The notes: generated by a model not told the origin, from the sequence alone. Positions 28,305 to 38,230 are shown, numbered from the stretch's first letter. The stretch: DNA of 64,000 nt from an uncultured Desulfatitalea sp. (GCA_963668675.2 CAXXMB010000002.1:1280001-1344000); one strand, 5' to 3'. Made by a program: numbers and translations.

Positions 28305-29873
28305 ATGAGCCAAGCAGAAGGGAATCGAGAAGAGAAGAATAAGGATCAAAAGAGCACTATTCAAAATGTCTACAACCAGATGGAGGTCATTGATGCGGCG
28401 CGCACGGCCCTGCTGGCAAGAAAACGATTTAGCGTCAAGATCCAGATCTATATCGCCAATGCACTGGTTTTCCTGTTTGCCTTGGGAATAGCTGTCGTTC
28501 TGATTGCCAATGTCTATCGCATCCAAAGCCGAATGGAATTTCTTGAATTTGCCAACGATTTCTCCATCGAAATTCAACAGGCCCGCCGCTACGAGAAGAA
28601 TTTTTTTCTATACCGCACCAACCTGACAGATGCCTTGAGTCACATCCAGTCAGCCAAATCCGTGTTTACCGGCAATGCCGACCAGTTCGCCTCTATCTTA
28701 GGGCAATCACAGCAGCAGCGCTTTCTCGTTCAACTGGATGGATACACCCAACTGCTTGAAGAGTTGCAACAGGTCGAGCGTCATAATCCGACCCAATTTG
28801 ACGATAGCGCTTTCATGGCCAACATAGAACGCCAGCTGCGCCAATATGGAAAGGATATGCTCACCGAGGCCCAAGGGCTGATGGGTAAAGAGAGGGTTGT
28901 TCTGACCAACACCCTCAAACGCACCCGTGACATCCACGTTCTCTCCCTCGTTGCCCTCCTGATCCTGTTAATTATCGACACCTATTTGCTCGTCAGCCGC
29001 CTCTTTTCAAACCTAACCCGGTTCTCGGCCTATGCGCAGCGGATTGCGGCAGGTGATTTTACACCGATCACACCCCATCGCCAATATCGTGATGAATTCA
29101 CCGACTTGGCCATCGCCATCAATGAGATGATCAAAGAGATCACCAATCGCGAAGCTGCCTTGATCCAAACCCATAAAATGCGGGCCATCGGAACGCTCAC
29201 CGCAGGAGTTGCCCATGAGCTTAACAATCCAATGAACAATATAATGCTTACGACTCACATGCTGATGGAGGACTTTTCAACGCTTTCGGACGAGGAGCGA
29301 AAAGAAATGCTCCAGGATGTAGCCGACGAAACGACCAGGGCCAAACATATCGTCAGCAATTTGTTGGATTTTGCCAGAGAGAGCGCTTCAACGGTGCAGA
29401 CCCTGGATTTAAAAAAGCTTCTTAAAGACACGATCCGTCTTGGAGAAAACCAGATCCGCATGTCCGGCATCAAAATCGAACTGCAGGTTACGGAAAACCT
29501 GCCCTCCATTCATGGGGATGGTCAAAAGCTTCAGCAGGTTTTCTTGAATTTGATTCTCAACGCAGTCGATGCGTCCACAAAAGGAAGTAAAATACAGATC
29601 ATTGCCTTACCTTACGAAACGCCTGATTATGTCGCGGTAAAAGTTGTCGATTATGGGCAAGGAATCCCCAATCACGTGCTGGCTTCGATTTTCGACCCTT
29701 TCTTTACGACGAAAGCCAAGGGCAGGGGGACCGGGTTGGGTTTGAGTGTTTCCCAAGGCATCGTGGCCAAGCATGGGGGGAAGATTCTGGTCAGTAGCAA
29801 TGAAGGCAGCGGTTCTATTTTTACGGTGGTGCTTCCGGTCACAACCTTCCCAAAAAGCATGCATGCTTTTTAA
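28305..29873 (+). CDS. Sensor histidine kinase with HAMP domain
   Basis: Two TMs around a periplasmic domain; AHELNNP H-box; NLILNA, DYGQG, FDPFFTTK and GTGLGL. Confidence 0.93.
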   Translation: MSQAEGNREEKNKDQKSTIQNVYNQMEVIDAARTALLARKRFSVKIQIYIANALVFLFALGIAVVLIANVYRIQSRMEFLEFANDFSIEIQQARRYEKNFFLYRTNLTDALSHIQSAKSVFTGNADQFASILGQSQQQRFLVQLDGYTQLLEELQQVERHNPTQFDDSAFMANIERQLRQYGKDMLTEAQGLMGKERVVLTNTLKRTRDIHVLSLVALLILLIIDTYLLVSRLFSNLTRFSAYAQRIAAGDFTPITPHRQYRDEFTDLAIAINEMIKEITNREAALIQTHKMRAIGTLTAGVAHELNNPMNNIMLTTHMLMEDFSTLSDEERKEMLQDVADETTRAKHIVSNLLDFARESASTVQTLDLKKLLKDTIRLGENQIRMSGIKIELQVTENLPSIHGDGQKLQQVFLNLILNAVDASTKGSKIQIIALPYETPDYVAVKVVDYGQGIPNHVLASIFDPFFTTKAKGRGTGLGLSVSQGIVAKHGGKILVSSNEGSGSIFTVVLPVTTFPKSMHAF

Positions 29874-29977
29874 GGCTGGCTTTGCCATGAAAGCCAAGCG
29901 TCCTTTAACACCTTGCAGTGATTACCGAAATTGGGTATCGTACCTGCCGAATGATCTTCAATGCGGATCACTAAACA

Positions 29978-31345
29978 ATGACTATTAAGAACAGACTACT
30001 CAAGATGCACCCCGCCGTTTTGGTACTGGCCAGTTTCCTGCTCGCGATTGCGGTGGGCGCGTTGCTGCTCACACTCCCTTTTTCCAGCCGTTTTGCCCGC
30101 ATGTCACCGATGGATGCACTATTTACGGCAACCTCTGCCGTTTGCGTTACGGGTTTGACAGTTGTGGATACAGGCTCCTATTTTACCATTTTCGGGCAGG
30201 TCATCATTCTGATCATGATACAAATTGGAGGCCTGGGAGTGATGACCATATCGGTCATGCTGTTCCGATGGCTCGGGAAAAGCATTTCCATCAGACAACG
30301 CATGGCCATGCAGGACGTCTTCAGCCATACACCCCGGCATGACATCTTCGACCTGGTGAAAAGCGTATTGATCTTCACGATTGGAGCGGAAGCCATTGGC
30401 ACCGTGCTGCTGACCCTTCAATGGATGAGGGTGTTTCCGTTCTCCAAAGCCTTTTATTTTGCCCTGTTCCACTCTGTCTCTGCTTTTTGCAATGCCGGAT
30501 TTGCTCTATTTCCGGATAGTATCGTCGGATACAGCGATCAACTGATGATCGTCGGACCTTTGTGCGCGCTGATTGTGGTCGGAGGAATCGGATTCCCCGT
30601 ACTCTATGATCTTCAATCAAAATTTCTGGGGCCTAAACCGCGTATCAGACTCACCATTCAAACCAAAACCGTTCTGTTGACGACCGCTCTCCTGATAGCC
30701 GGGGGTGCGGTGATGATAGCTGCCCTGGAGTATCCGAACCACCCCGAGCCTCGCTCCTGGTCCCATATTGCCCTGTCATCCATTTTTCAATCGGTCACCT
30801 GCCGCACAGCCGGTTTCAATACCATCGACATCCCCTCATTGCACGAAGCCACCCTTGCGGTAATGATCTTTCTGATGTTCTTCGGGGCCTCGCCCGGCTC
30901 CTGCGGTGGTGGCGTCAAAACAACAACGTTGGCGCTGCTTGTGGTGTTTGCATTCAGTCGGATGACGCGCAGACGACGCGTCAATATGTTCAAAAAAAGC
31001 ATACCCGCAGAAACCCTTAACCGGAGCATGTCCCTGGTATTGCTATCCACCGGCATTATCACGGTGGTCATTTTCATGTTATTGGTTAGTGATGTGGCCA
31101 CAGGGCGTGATGTTGCCGGACATCATGGTGCTTTTCTGGCATACATCTTTGAGACAGTGTCGGCATTCGGTACAGTCGGGTTATCCATGGGTGTGACACC
31201 GCTATTGAGCAACTGGAGCAAGCTGTGGATTATCCTGACCATGATTATCGGCCGGGTGGGGGTGCTCACTTTTTCCTACATTATCACCGGAGGCAATGCC
31301 ACAGGCGGCAAGGAATACGCCGAACAGAATCTAATGATTGGATAG
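29978..31345 (+). CDS. ktrB: Trk/Ktr potassium uptake membrane subunit (TrkH/KtrB)
   Basis: SAVCVTGL, SAFCNAGF, RTAGF and SAFGTVGLSMG pore motifs. Confidence 0.9.
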   Translation: MTIKNRLLKMHPAVLVLASFLLAIAVGALLLTLPFSSRFARMSPMDALFTATSAVCVTGLTVVDTGSYFTIFGQVIILIMIQIGGLGVMTISVMLFRWLGKSISIRQRMAMQDVFSHTPRHDIFDLVKSVLIFTIGAEAIGTVLLTLQWMRVFPFSKAFYFALFHSVSAFCNAGFALFPDSIVGYSDQLMIVGPLCALIVVGGIGFPVLYDLQSKFLGPKPRIRLTIQTKTVLLTTALLIAGGAVMIAALEYPNHPEPRSWSHIALSSIFQSVTCRTAGFNTIDIPSLHEATLAVMIFLMFFGASPGSCGGGVKTTTLALLVVFAFSRMTRRRRVNMFKKSIPAETLNRSMSLVLLSTGIITVVIFMLLVSDVATGRDVAGHHGAFLAYIFETVSAFGTVGLSMGVTPLLSNWSKLWIILTMIIGRVGVLTFSYIITGGNATGGKEYAEQNLMIG

Positions 31346-31358
31346 CGGGAGAACCGGC

Positions 31359-32015
31359 ATGAAAAAATTTGCTGTCATCGGGTTGGGCAATTTCGGTTTC
31401 CATGTAGCCAAGTCTCTTTTTGAAGATGGCAATGAAGTGGTTGCCATTGATGGAGACAAAACACGGGTCCAGGCCATCGATCCCTACGCCACCGAAGCTC
31501 TCATAATGGACGCCACTGAAAAGGAAACGCTTAAATCGCTTGGCTTGGAAAACATGGATGGCGCTATCATATCCACAGGGACCAACATCAGCATCAGCAT
31601 CCTCATCTGCCTTTACCTGAACGAAATCGGTGTCAAGAAAATCATTGCCAAGGCGATCGACGAGGACCACGCCAAGATACTCAAACGGGTAGGGGCAACT
31701 GAAATTATCCACCCGGAGCGCGACATGGCATTGCGCGTGTCACGCAACTTGTCGCGACCCAATGTACTTGACTTCATACCGTTGGCAGAAGACTACGATC
31801 TGGTGCAGGTCGATCCGCCCAGGGATTTCATAGGAAAAAGCCTCAAGGACCTCAACCTGCGTGCAAAACACAATGTACATGTCATTGCCATCAAAGAGCT
31901 GGTGCCAGGCAATTTTGTCCTGGCCCCAACGGCCGACTTCGTGATCAAAGACAGCGACATACTGGTCATGCTGGGCAAAGCAGTAGACATCAAGAAAATC
32001 AAGGCACTAAAATAG
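31359..32015 (+). CDS. ktrA: Trk/Ktr NAD-binding RCK subunit (TrkA/KtrA)
   Basis: MKKFAVIGLGNFG Rossmann motif, IHPERDMA, RCK_C domain. Confidence 0.9.
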   Translation: MKKFAVIGLGNFGFHVAKSLFEDGNEVVAIDGDKTRVQAIDPYATEALIMDATEKETLKSLGLENMDGAIISTGTNISISILICLYLNEIGVKKIIAKAIDEDHAKILKRVGATEIIHPERDMALRVSRNLSRPNVLDFIPLAEDYDLVQVDPPRDFIGKSLKDLNLRAKHNVHVIAIKELVPGNFVLAPTADFVIKDSDILVMLGKAVDIKKIKALK

Positions 32016-32453
32016 ACCGGTAATAGAGGCCGGCACAAGTGCCAGTTGATGGGCTTGCCATTCAAGGATTCCTCTGGACAGATGGTATAACCGTTTGAAT
32101 CCCAACTCAGAAAAGATGCTGAGAGCCCGGCCGCTTCGATTACCGCTGCGGCAGTATACCAAATAGGTTTTAGACCGATCCAGACGGCCCAGCAACTTTT
32201 TGAATTGGGGATTGTGATAGTCAACAAGCTTCGCCCCCGGGATGTGCCCCTGTCGATATTCGGAAGGGGTACGAATATCGAGAATAACAAAATCGGTATC
32301 GCTTTGATACTTTTCGATCAGCATTTTCGCCTCTTGGGCTGTAACAGAGGTTGTCCCTCCAAATGCCTGCCCCAGGCTCCCCAAAAACAAAAGCGCCCAT
32401 AAGCAGATTACTGTAACTGTCCAGTACCCTATATAGATTGCACGATTTTTCAT
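32007..32453 (-). CDS. Exported rhodanese-like sulfurtransferase
   Basis: Signal-like N-terminus; LDIRTPSEYRQGHIPGA and active-site YCRSGNRS. Confidence 0.88.
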   Translation of the reverse strand: MKNRAIYIGYWTVTVICLWALLFLGSLGQAFGGTTSVTAQEAKMLIEKYQSDTDFVILDIRTPSEYRQGHIPGAKLVDYHNPQFKKLLGRLDRSKTYLVYCRSGNRSGRALSIFSELGFKRLYHLSRGILEWQAHQLALVPASITGLF

Positions 32454-32952
32454 GTAATGGTTTCCTGTTATCAGGGTTTGCGGTTTATTGGTGAGGTGTC
32501 ACACGGATCTCTTGACATTGGCGCACAATAACGCTGCTTTCGGGTTTCGCTATTCTACCGCCCCTGGTCGCGCCAGACCTCGAACCCCAAATTTTTGTTT
32601 AGTAAGATAAATCCTGCGATGGACATGCACAAGTCGTCTATTTCCCTTTTCACCCTGACGCCCCCCATTCTATGAAACTGACGCCTCCCTTCTTGTTAAG
32701 AAAAGTAACACCCGGAAAAACGGATGCTGACAACAATTGCGATTTGAGGTTTACATTGAGCGACCAAGGCTATATAAATAATCTATATTTCAGCTGCTTA
32801 TGACAAGGCCCCTCCCTCTCGTGCCGTGGCGCTCTCTTGGTGAGCTATCTTATGGACCTTCAGATGCTATAAGAAAAGCCCCTTGCCTATATAAAATCGG
32901 TGAATAGCGCGGGGTTAACTATACTCATCCAACATTCAAGATGGAGGCAGCA

Positions 32953-34620
32953 ATGCGGAAGAGACAACCCCTTTACATCACTCGCCTGTTATTGTTGGCC
33001 CTTATAGCAGGTTGGGTGCTCGGCGCCACTATCGTCTGGGCCGCCGTCTCGGGGGAAGAGAAAGCCCCCGGGCGGATCATGGCCCAGCAGGCCGTCAAGG
33101 AGAAACCGCTGTGGATCACATCCGACCACTCCAAACATGAGATCCTCAAACAGCCGTTTGCATCAGGACCTGAGGTGACAAAAGCGTGCCTGGCCTGCCA
33201 CAACCAGGCCGCCCTGCAATTTCACAAAACGATTCATTGGACATGGCTGGACCCCAGCACGGCCAAAAGCGCTCAACTGGGGAAGGGTGGTCTCTCGATC
33301 AACAATTTCTGAGTGAACGTCCAGAGCAACGAGGCTCGTTGCACATCATGCCATGCCGGATACGGATGGAAGGATAAAAATTTCGATTTTACGGATCAAA
33401 CCAGGGTGGATTGCCTTGTTTGCCATGAGCAGACCGGAACATATAAAAAGTTCCCAGCCGGCGCCGGAAACCCTGTCAGCGAACCCAAGCTGTTCAAAGG
33501 CAATGGCAAAACCTACCAGCCGCCCGACTACAATAGCGTCGCCCAAAGCGTCAGCCGGCCATCGCGAAAGAATTGCGGCACCTGCCATTTCAGCGGCGGG
33601 GGGGGCGATGGGGTCAAACACGGCGACATGGATTCGTCCCTGTTCAAACCCAACAAAGCGCTGGATGTGCACATGGGACTGGATGGCCAAAACTTTGACT
33701 GCACCCGCTGTCACTCCACTACGCTGCACAACATCGCCGGTCGCGTCTACGCCACACCAGCCGCCACCGAACGAAAGAGCCTGATCCAGGATGACCTGGC
33801 CTCCAAAATCACCTGCGAGTCATGTCACAGCAACACGCCGCACAAGAGTCACGCCAAGGCGAATGATCACACCGACCGGGTGGCCTGTCAGAGTTGCCAT
33901 ATCCCGGCTTTTGCGCGAGTGAACCCCACCAAAATGTGGTGGGATTGGTCCAAGGCCGGTAAAAAAAGGAATGGCAAGCCTTTCAAAGAGAAAGATGAAT
34001 TGGGGAAACCCAAATATGACACCATGAAAGGGGAATTCCGGTGGGCTAAAAATGTGATGCCTGAATACTACTGGTATAATGGCAGCATCAAACACTTGAC
34101 GGTCCTCGACAAGATCGACCCAAGCCAGCCGGTGGCCCTCAGCGCGCCGGTGGGCGGCCCACTGGACACCCACTCGAGGATCTTTCCCTTCAAGGTGCAT
34201 CGGGGCATGTTGCCATACGACAAGGTCAACAAGACCATGGCCATCATCCACCTCTTTCCCAAAGGCAAAGATGACACCACCGCCTACTGGAGGGGGTATA
34301 ACTGGGATAAGGCGCTCCAGTTCGGCATGGACTATGTCAACCTGCCCTACTCCGGGGAGTACGATTTCGTCGAGACAAGCTATGTCTTTCCTACCACCCA
34401 CATGGTCGCCCCCAAAGACAACGTGGTCGCCTGCAATGAGTGCCATATTCGCCAGGAGAGCCGTTTGTCGGCCATTTCCGGCGTCTACATGCCGGGGCGC
34501 GACCATTTCCGGGCGCTGGATGTTATCGGCTGGATCGCCGTACTGGGTGCCCTGGCCGGAGTGGCGGTACATGGGCTGATGCGTATGTTTGCCAGCCCCA
34601 ATGGGAAAAAGGAGGGTTGA
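32953..34620 (+). CDS. Octaheme c-type cytochrome, tetrathionate reductase (OTR) family; probable selenoprotein (Sec at in-frame TGA 33310-33312, residue 120 of 555)
   Basis: ORFs 32941..33312 and 33313..34620 are in the same frame and separated only by TGA. The joined protein has a signal peptide, 8 CxxCH (CLACH | CTSCH, CLVCH, CGTCH, CTRCH, CESCH, CQSCH, CNECH), GK..SINNF[TGA]VNVQSNEARCTSCHAGYGW, GGGGDGVKHGD and a C-terminal TM. GGAGG RBS before ATG 32953. Confidence 0.85.
33310..33348 (+). promoter_or_regulatory. Candidate bacterial SECIS element
   Basis: Stem GCAACGA(33326-33332)/TCGTTGC(33336-33342) with a small G-containing apical loop starting about 20 nt after the UGA. Confidence 0.65.
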
Positions 34621-34623
34621 ATC

Positions 34624-35286
34624 GTGCTGAAAAATAGAGTGCCCATCTATCTGTATACCCGTTATGAACGCTTTTGGCACTGGCTTCAGAGTCTGTTGAT
34701 TATCATTCTGCTGATCACCGGGTTTGAGGTGCACAGCTCATATCGCCTTTTGGGTTTTGGAACAGCGGTGGATATCCACAACTATGTCGGGCTCACCTGG
34801 TTGATCGCCTTTGCCTTTTTCATTTTCTGGATCTTTACCACTGGAGAGTGGAAGCAATACCTGCCAACGACCAAAAAGATGTTCAAGGTGATTCGCTATT
34901 ACGGCTACGGCATCTTTCGCGGTGAATCCCATCCGGTCCCCAAGCGGAAAGAGGCCAAGCACAACCCCTTGCAGCGCCTGACCTATCTCTCTCTGGCAGC
35001 CTTCCTGCTGCCCGTGCAGATGGCCACCGGATTTCTTTACTGGGGATACAACGACTGGGCCGATTGGGGTCTTGGGTTCCTCGCGCTCGAGGTGGTCGCC
35101 GTGATCCACACCATCGGTGCCTTTGCCATCCTTACCTTTCTGATTGTCCACGTGTACATGACCACCACCGGGCACAGCATTACCGCCCATGTCAGGGCCA
35201 TGATCACCGGATGGGAAGAGGTGGAAAAAGAGACCGAGGTGGAGGATTGGGAACTCGCCCGGCACAAGGGCGGCACATCGACCTGA
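34624..35286 (+). CDS. Cytochrome b (PhsC/Ni-hydrogenase cytochrome b-like) quinol-interacting membrane subunit
   Basis: ERFWHW, HNYVG, KHNPLQRLTY, IHTIG and HVYM His ligands; 4 TM; begins 3 nt after the OTR stop. Confidence 0.88.
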   Translation: MLKNRVPIYLYTRYERFWHWLQSLLIIILLITGFEVHSSYRLLGFGTAVDIHNYVGLTWLIAFAFFIFWIFTTGEWKQYLPTTKKMFKVIRYYGYGIFRGESHPVPKRKEAKHNPLQRLTYLSLAAFLLPVQMATGFLYWGYNDWADWGLGFLALEVVAVIHTIGAFAILTFLIVHVYMTTTGHSITAHVRAMITGWEEVEKETEVEDWELARHKGGTST

Positions 35287-35321
35287 TCACCTCAAATCGC
35301 AGATAGACAGACATACCATGC

Positions 35322-35357
35322 GCCGGTTACGCACAATTCCGTAACCGGCTTTTCTTT
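35322..35357 (+). terminator. Intrinsic terminator of the OTR-cytochrome b operon
   Basis: GCCGGTTACG/CGTAACCGGC 10-bp stem followed by TTTTCTTT. Confidence 0.85.
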
Positions 35358-35467
35358 GTCCGATACAAATGGGCTTTATTTCCTGTTCGTCGTAAGATAA
35401 AAGATCGGGGACTCGACTGCAGATAGCAGGCTCGACCTAACACTATTTAAAATCGAAATTAAATCAA

Positions 35468-37321
35468 ATGATTGCTGTAGAAAACCTATCCAAAAATTTC
35501 GGCGCTCAAACCCTTTTCGACCAGGCAAGCTTTAAAATCAACCGGCGTGAGCGGATCGGGCTAGTGGGACGCAACGGACACGGAAAAACCACCCTGTTTC
35601 GCATTCTCATCGGCGAGGAGGAGTGTGACGACGGCGCACTGACCACACCCAAGGGGTATCGCATCGGCCATGTCCGCCAGCAACTCGCCTTTACCCGTTC
35701 AACCGTCCTTGAAGAGGGTGCACTGGGCCTGCCGGCCGACCAGAAAGAGCAGCACTGGAAGGTTGAAAAGATATTGACCGGTCTCGGTTTCAGTCAGGCC
35801 GACATGCAGCGGGCCCCAGAAACGTTTTCAGGAGGCTTCCAGGTCCGGCTCAACCTGGCCAAAGCCCTGGTGGCCGAGCCGGATCTGCTGCTGCTTGACG
35901 AACCGACCAACTACCTGGACATCACCTCGATCCGCTGGATCGAGCGTTTTCTGGTCAGCTGGCCCAACGAGTTGATGCTCATCACCCATGACCGCAGCTT
36001 CATGGACCGTATCGTCACCCACACACTGGGCATCCACCGCCAAAAACTGAGGAAAATCAGCGGCAATACAGAAAAGTACTATGCCCAGATCGCCCAGGAC
36101 GAAGAGATCTACGAGAAAACACGGTTGAACGATGAACGCCGCACCAAGGAGATCGAACAGTTCATCACTCGCTTCCGAGCCAAAGCCCGCCTGGCCGGCA
36201 TGGTTCAATCACGTATCAAAACGCTTGAGAAAATTGAAAAAAAACAAAAGTTAACCCAACTGCGAGATCTTGACTTCTCTTTTCACGCGCTCCCTTTTCG
36301 TGGCAAACAGACGCTTGGCGTGCAGGATCTGACATTTGCCTACCCGGAACAGACGTCGTTAATCGAAGGCCTTAGCTTTACCCTGCATGCAGGAGAACGG
36401 CTGTGCGTGGTCGGCCCCAACGGCCAGGGAAAAACAACCCTGCTCCAGCTCCTGGCTGGCAAATTGGAGGCGAAAAGCGGCGAAATTGCCTATCACCCTA
36501 AGGTGGTGCACGGCTTTTATGAACAGACCAATATCCAGACACTCAATGACCACCATACGGTAGAAGAGGAGATCCTCTACAGCCATCCTGAAGTCAACCG
36601 TCAGCGGGCCCGTTCGATCTGCGGAGCCATGCTGTTCGAAGGCGATGAGGCGCTGAAAAAAATCGATGTGCTATCAGGCGGTGAGAAGGCCAGGGTGATG
36701 CTAGGCAAACTGCTTGTCACCCCTGTCAATCTCCTGTTGTTGGATGAACCCAGCAACCACCTGGACATGGAGTCCTGCGATGCGCTGGTGGCCGCCATCG
36801 ACAACTTCGATGGCGCCATTATTATGGTCACCCATAACGAATTGTTTCTGCACGCCCTGGCCCAGCGCCTGATCGTGTTCCACGAAAATCGAATCAGCCT
36901 GTTCGAAGGCACCTATCAGGATTTTCTGGAAAGGGGTGGCTGGGGAGATGAAACCAACACTCCAGTTGTTGAAGCAGAACCTCTTCCTTCAAGCCAGCCA
37001 CGCCTTTCAAAGAAGGATCTGCGGCGCATGCGCTCGGCCATCATTAGCGCCGACGGCAAAGTGCGCAAAGGATTGGAAAGCGACATCCAGCGGACCGAGG
37101 CGGTCATCGAAACAGAAGAGGGGCGCCTGGCACTGTTAAACGAAGAGATGGTCGCCGCTGCCCAGGCGCAGGACGGAGAGCGTATCGCCAATCTATCCCA
37201 AAGCATCCATCAGTGCCAAAACACGATCGATGATCGATTTGCCACCCTGGAAGCGCTATACAGCCGCAAGGAGACGTTGGATGCGAAACTGGCTGAGAAA
37301 CTGGCCGAACTGGAAGAGTAG
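35468..37321 (+). CDS. ABC-F family ATP-binding protein
   Basis: Two ABC domains (GRNGHGKT/FSGG/LDEPTN and GPNGQGKT/LSGG/LDEPSN), no TM, C-terminal coiled coil. Confidence 0.92.
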   Translation: MIAVENLSKNFGAQTLFDQASFKINRRERIGLVGRNGHGKTTLFRILIGEEECDDGALTTPKGYRIGHVRQQLAFTRSTVLEEGALGLPADQKEQHWKVEKILTGLGFSQADMQRAPETFSGGFQVRLNLAKALVAEPDLLLLDEPTNYLDITSIRWIERFLVSWPNELMLITHDRSFMDRIVTHTLGIHRQKLRKISGNTEKYYAQIAQDEEIYEKTRLNDERRTKEIEQFITRFRAKARLAGMVQSRIKTLEKIEKKQKLTQLRDLDFSFHALPFRGKQTLGVQDLTFAYPEQTSLIEGLSFTLHAGERLCVVGPNGQGKTTLLQLLAGKLEAKSGEIAYHPKVVHGFYEQTNIQTLNDHHTVEEEILYSHPEVNRQRARSICGAMLFEGDEALKKIDVLSGGEKARVMLGKLLVTPVNLLLLDEPSNHLDMESCDALVAAIDNFDGAIIMVTHNELFLHALAQRLIVFHENRISLFEGTYQDFLERGGWGDETNTPVVEAEPLPSSQPRLSKKDLRRMRSAIISADGKVRKGLESDIQRTEAVIETEEGRLALLNEEMVAAAQAQDGERIANLSQSIHQCQNTIDDRFATLEALYSRKETLDAKLAEKLAELEE

Positions 37322-37336
37322 TTAAAAACAGTAATT

Positions 37337-38230
37337 CTACTCGTATTTGTCTTTTAGAACTGCCAGATGGGAGAGATATCGCTGTCGGTATAGAAGGCCC
37401 TTCTGGTTGTTGATGTCGTAGAAGACATAGTCGAGGTGGGGACGAAGATCAATGCCGTATGCATTGAGTCGGGCGTCGTTGGCCATATCCAATACACGCA
37501 GGGCGTAGTAGTTGACCAGCATGCGCAATTTGCTGTCCCGTCGCAGCAGGTATCCGCGGCCGCCCAAAGTGTTGAGGAAAAAAGAGGCATATTGATAAAG
37601 CGTGTTGAGCTTGACCGGTTGTTTGCTCTTGCTGTCGACACGATCACACACGGTCATCCAGGTAAACATGACCGCCATGGCCGGTTCGACCACGGCCGAT
37701 TCACTGCTGAGGATCTCCTTGATCAAGTCGATGCGGTCTTTGCCCAAAATCCTGTAGAAGTGGGTAACGTTTCGGATCAGGTTGTAGAGGTTGTCCATCT
37801 CACCCACATTGGTGGGCGGATTGGCAGCCATTCGATCGAATACGTCTTCAAAAAGCTCTTCGGCCCGCATATTGATACCGGGCCAGATCAAGTAGGCCTT
37901 GCTGTCGAGATATTGGAAAAAGGCCACTGTCTGGGCAGTCACCTTTTGGCAGTTCACGTCACCCTGGGCCGTCAGCATCGGCTTGTCCGCACCGAATACC
38001 GGCGTCAGATCGGCTTTGGACGATAGACTTTGGGACTGCAGCCCCGCCTCTTCGGCCAACCGTTGGACATCCGCTTCAAGCCTGGCAATCTTCTTCAAGC
38101 AGGCCTCTTTTTCTGTCTGCAGCACCTCCTCGACACTGTGGGTGTGCCACTGATTCAACCAGTAGTAACCCAACAGGGCCACCCCCAACAGAGCGAACAG
38201 TATAACGAGTGTTTTAACAGTTTTGTCCAT
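37337..38230 (-). CDS. Hypothetical membrane-anchored protein
   Basis: About 297 aa; N-terminal TM followed by a coiled coil; fills the gap between confident genes. Confidence 0.7.
   Translation of the reverse strand: MDKTVKTLVILFALLGVALLGYYWLNQWHTHSVEEVLQTEKEACLKKIARLEADVQRLAEEAGLQSQSLSSKADLTPVFGADKPMLTAQGDVNCQKVTAQTVAFFQYLDSKAYLIWPGINMRAEELFEDVFDRMAANPPTNVGEMDNLYNLIRNVTHFYRILGKDRIDLIKEILSSESAVVEPAMAVMFTWMTVCDRVDSKSKQPVKLNTLYQYASFFLNTLGGRGYLLRRDSKLRMLVNYYALRVLDMANDARLNAYGIDLRPHLDYVFYDINNQKGLLYRQRYLSHLAVLKDKYE

Noticed and set aside
32941..34620. Two separate genes (123 aa and 435 aa) or a nonsense pseudogene, as the ORF track implies
   Set aside because: The downstream ORF has no RBS or signal peptide. 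The stop is TGA exactly at a family-conserved Cys with a SECIS-like hairpin after it, and there are no other lesions. Sec read-through is more parsimonious, although unproven.
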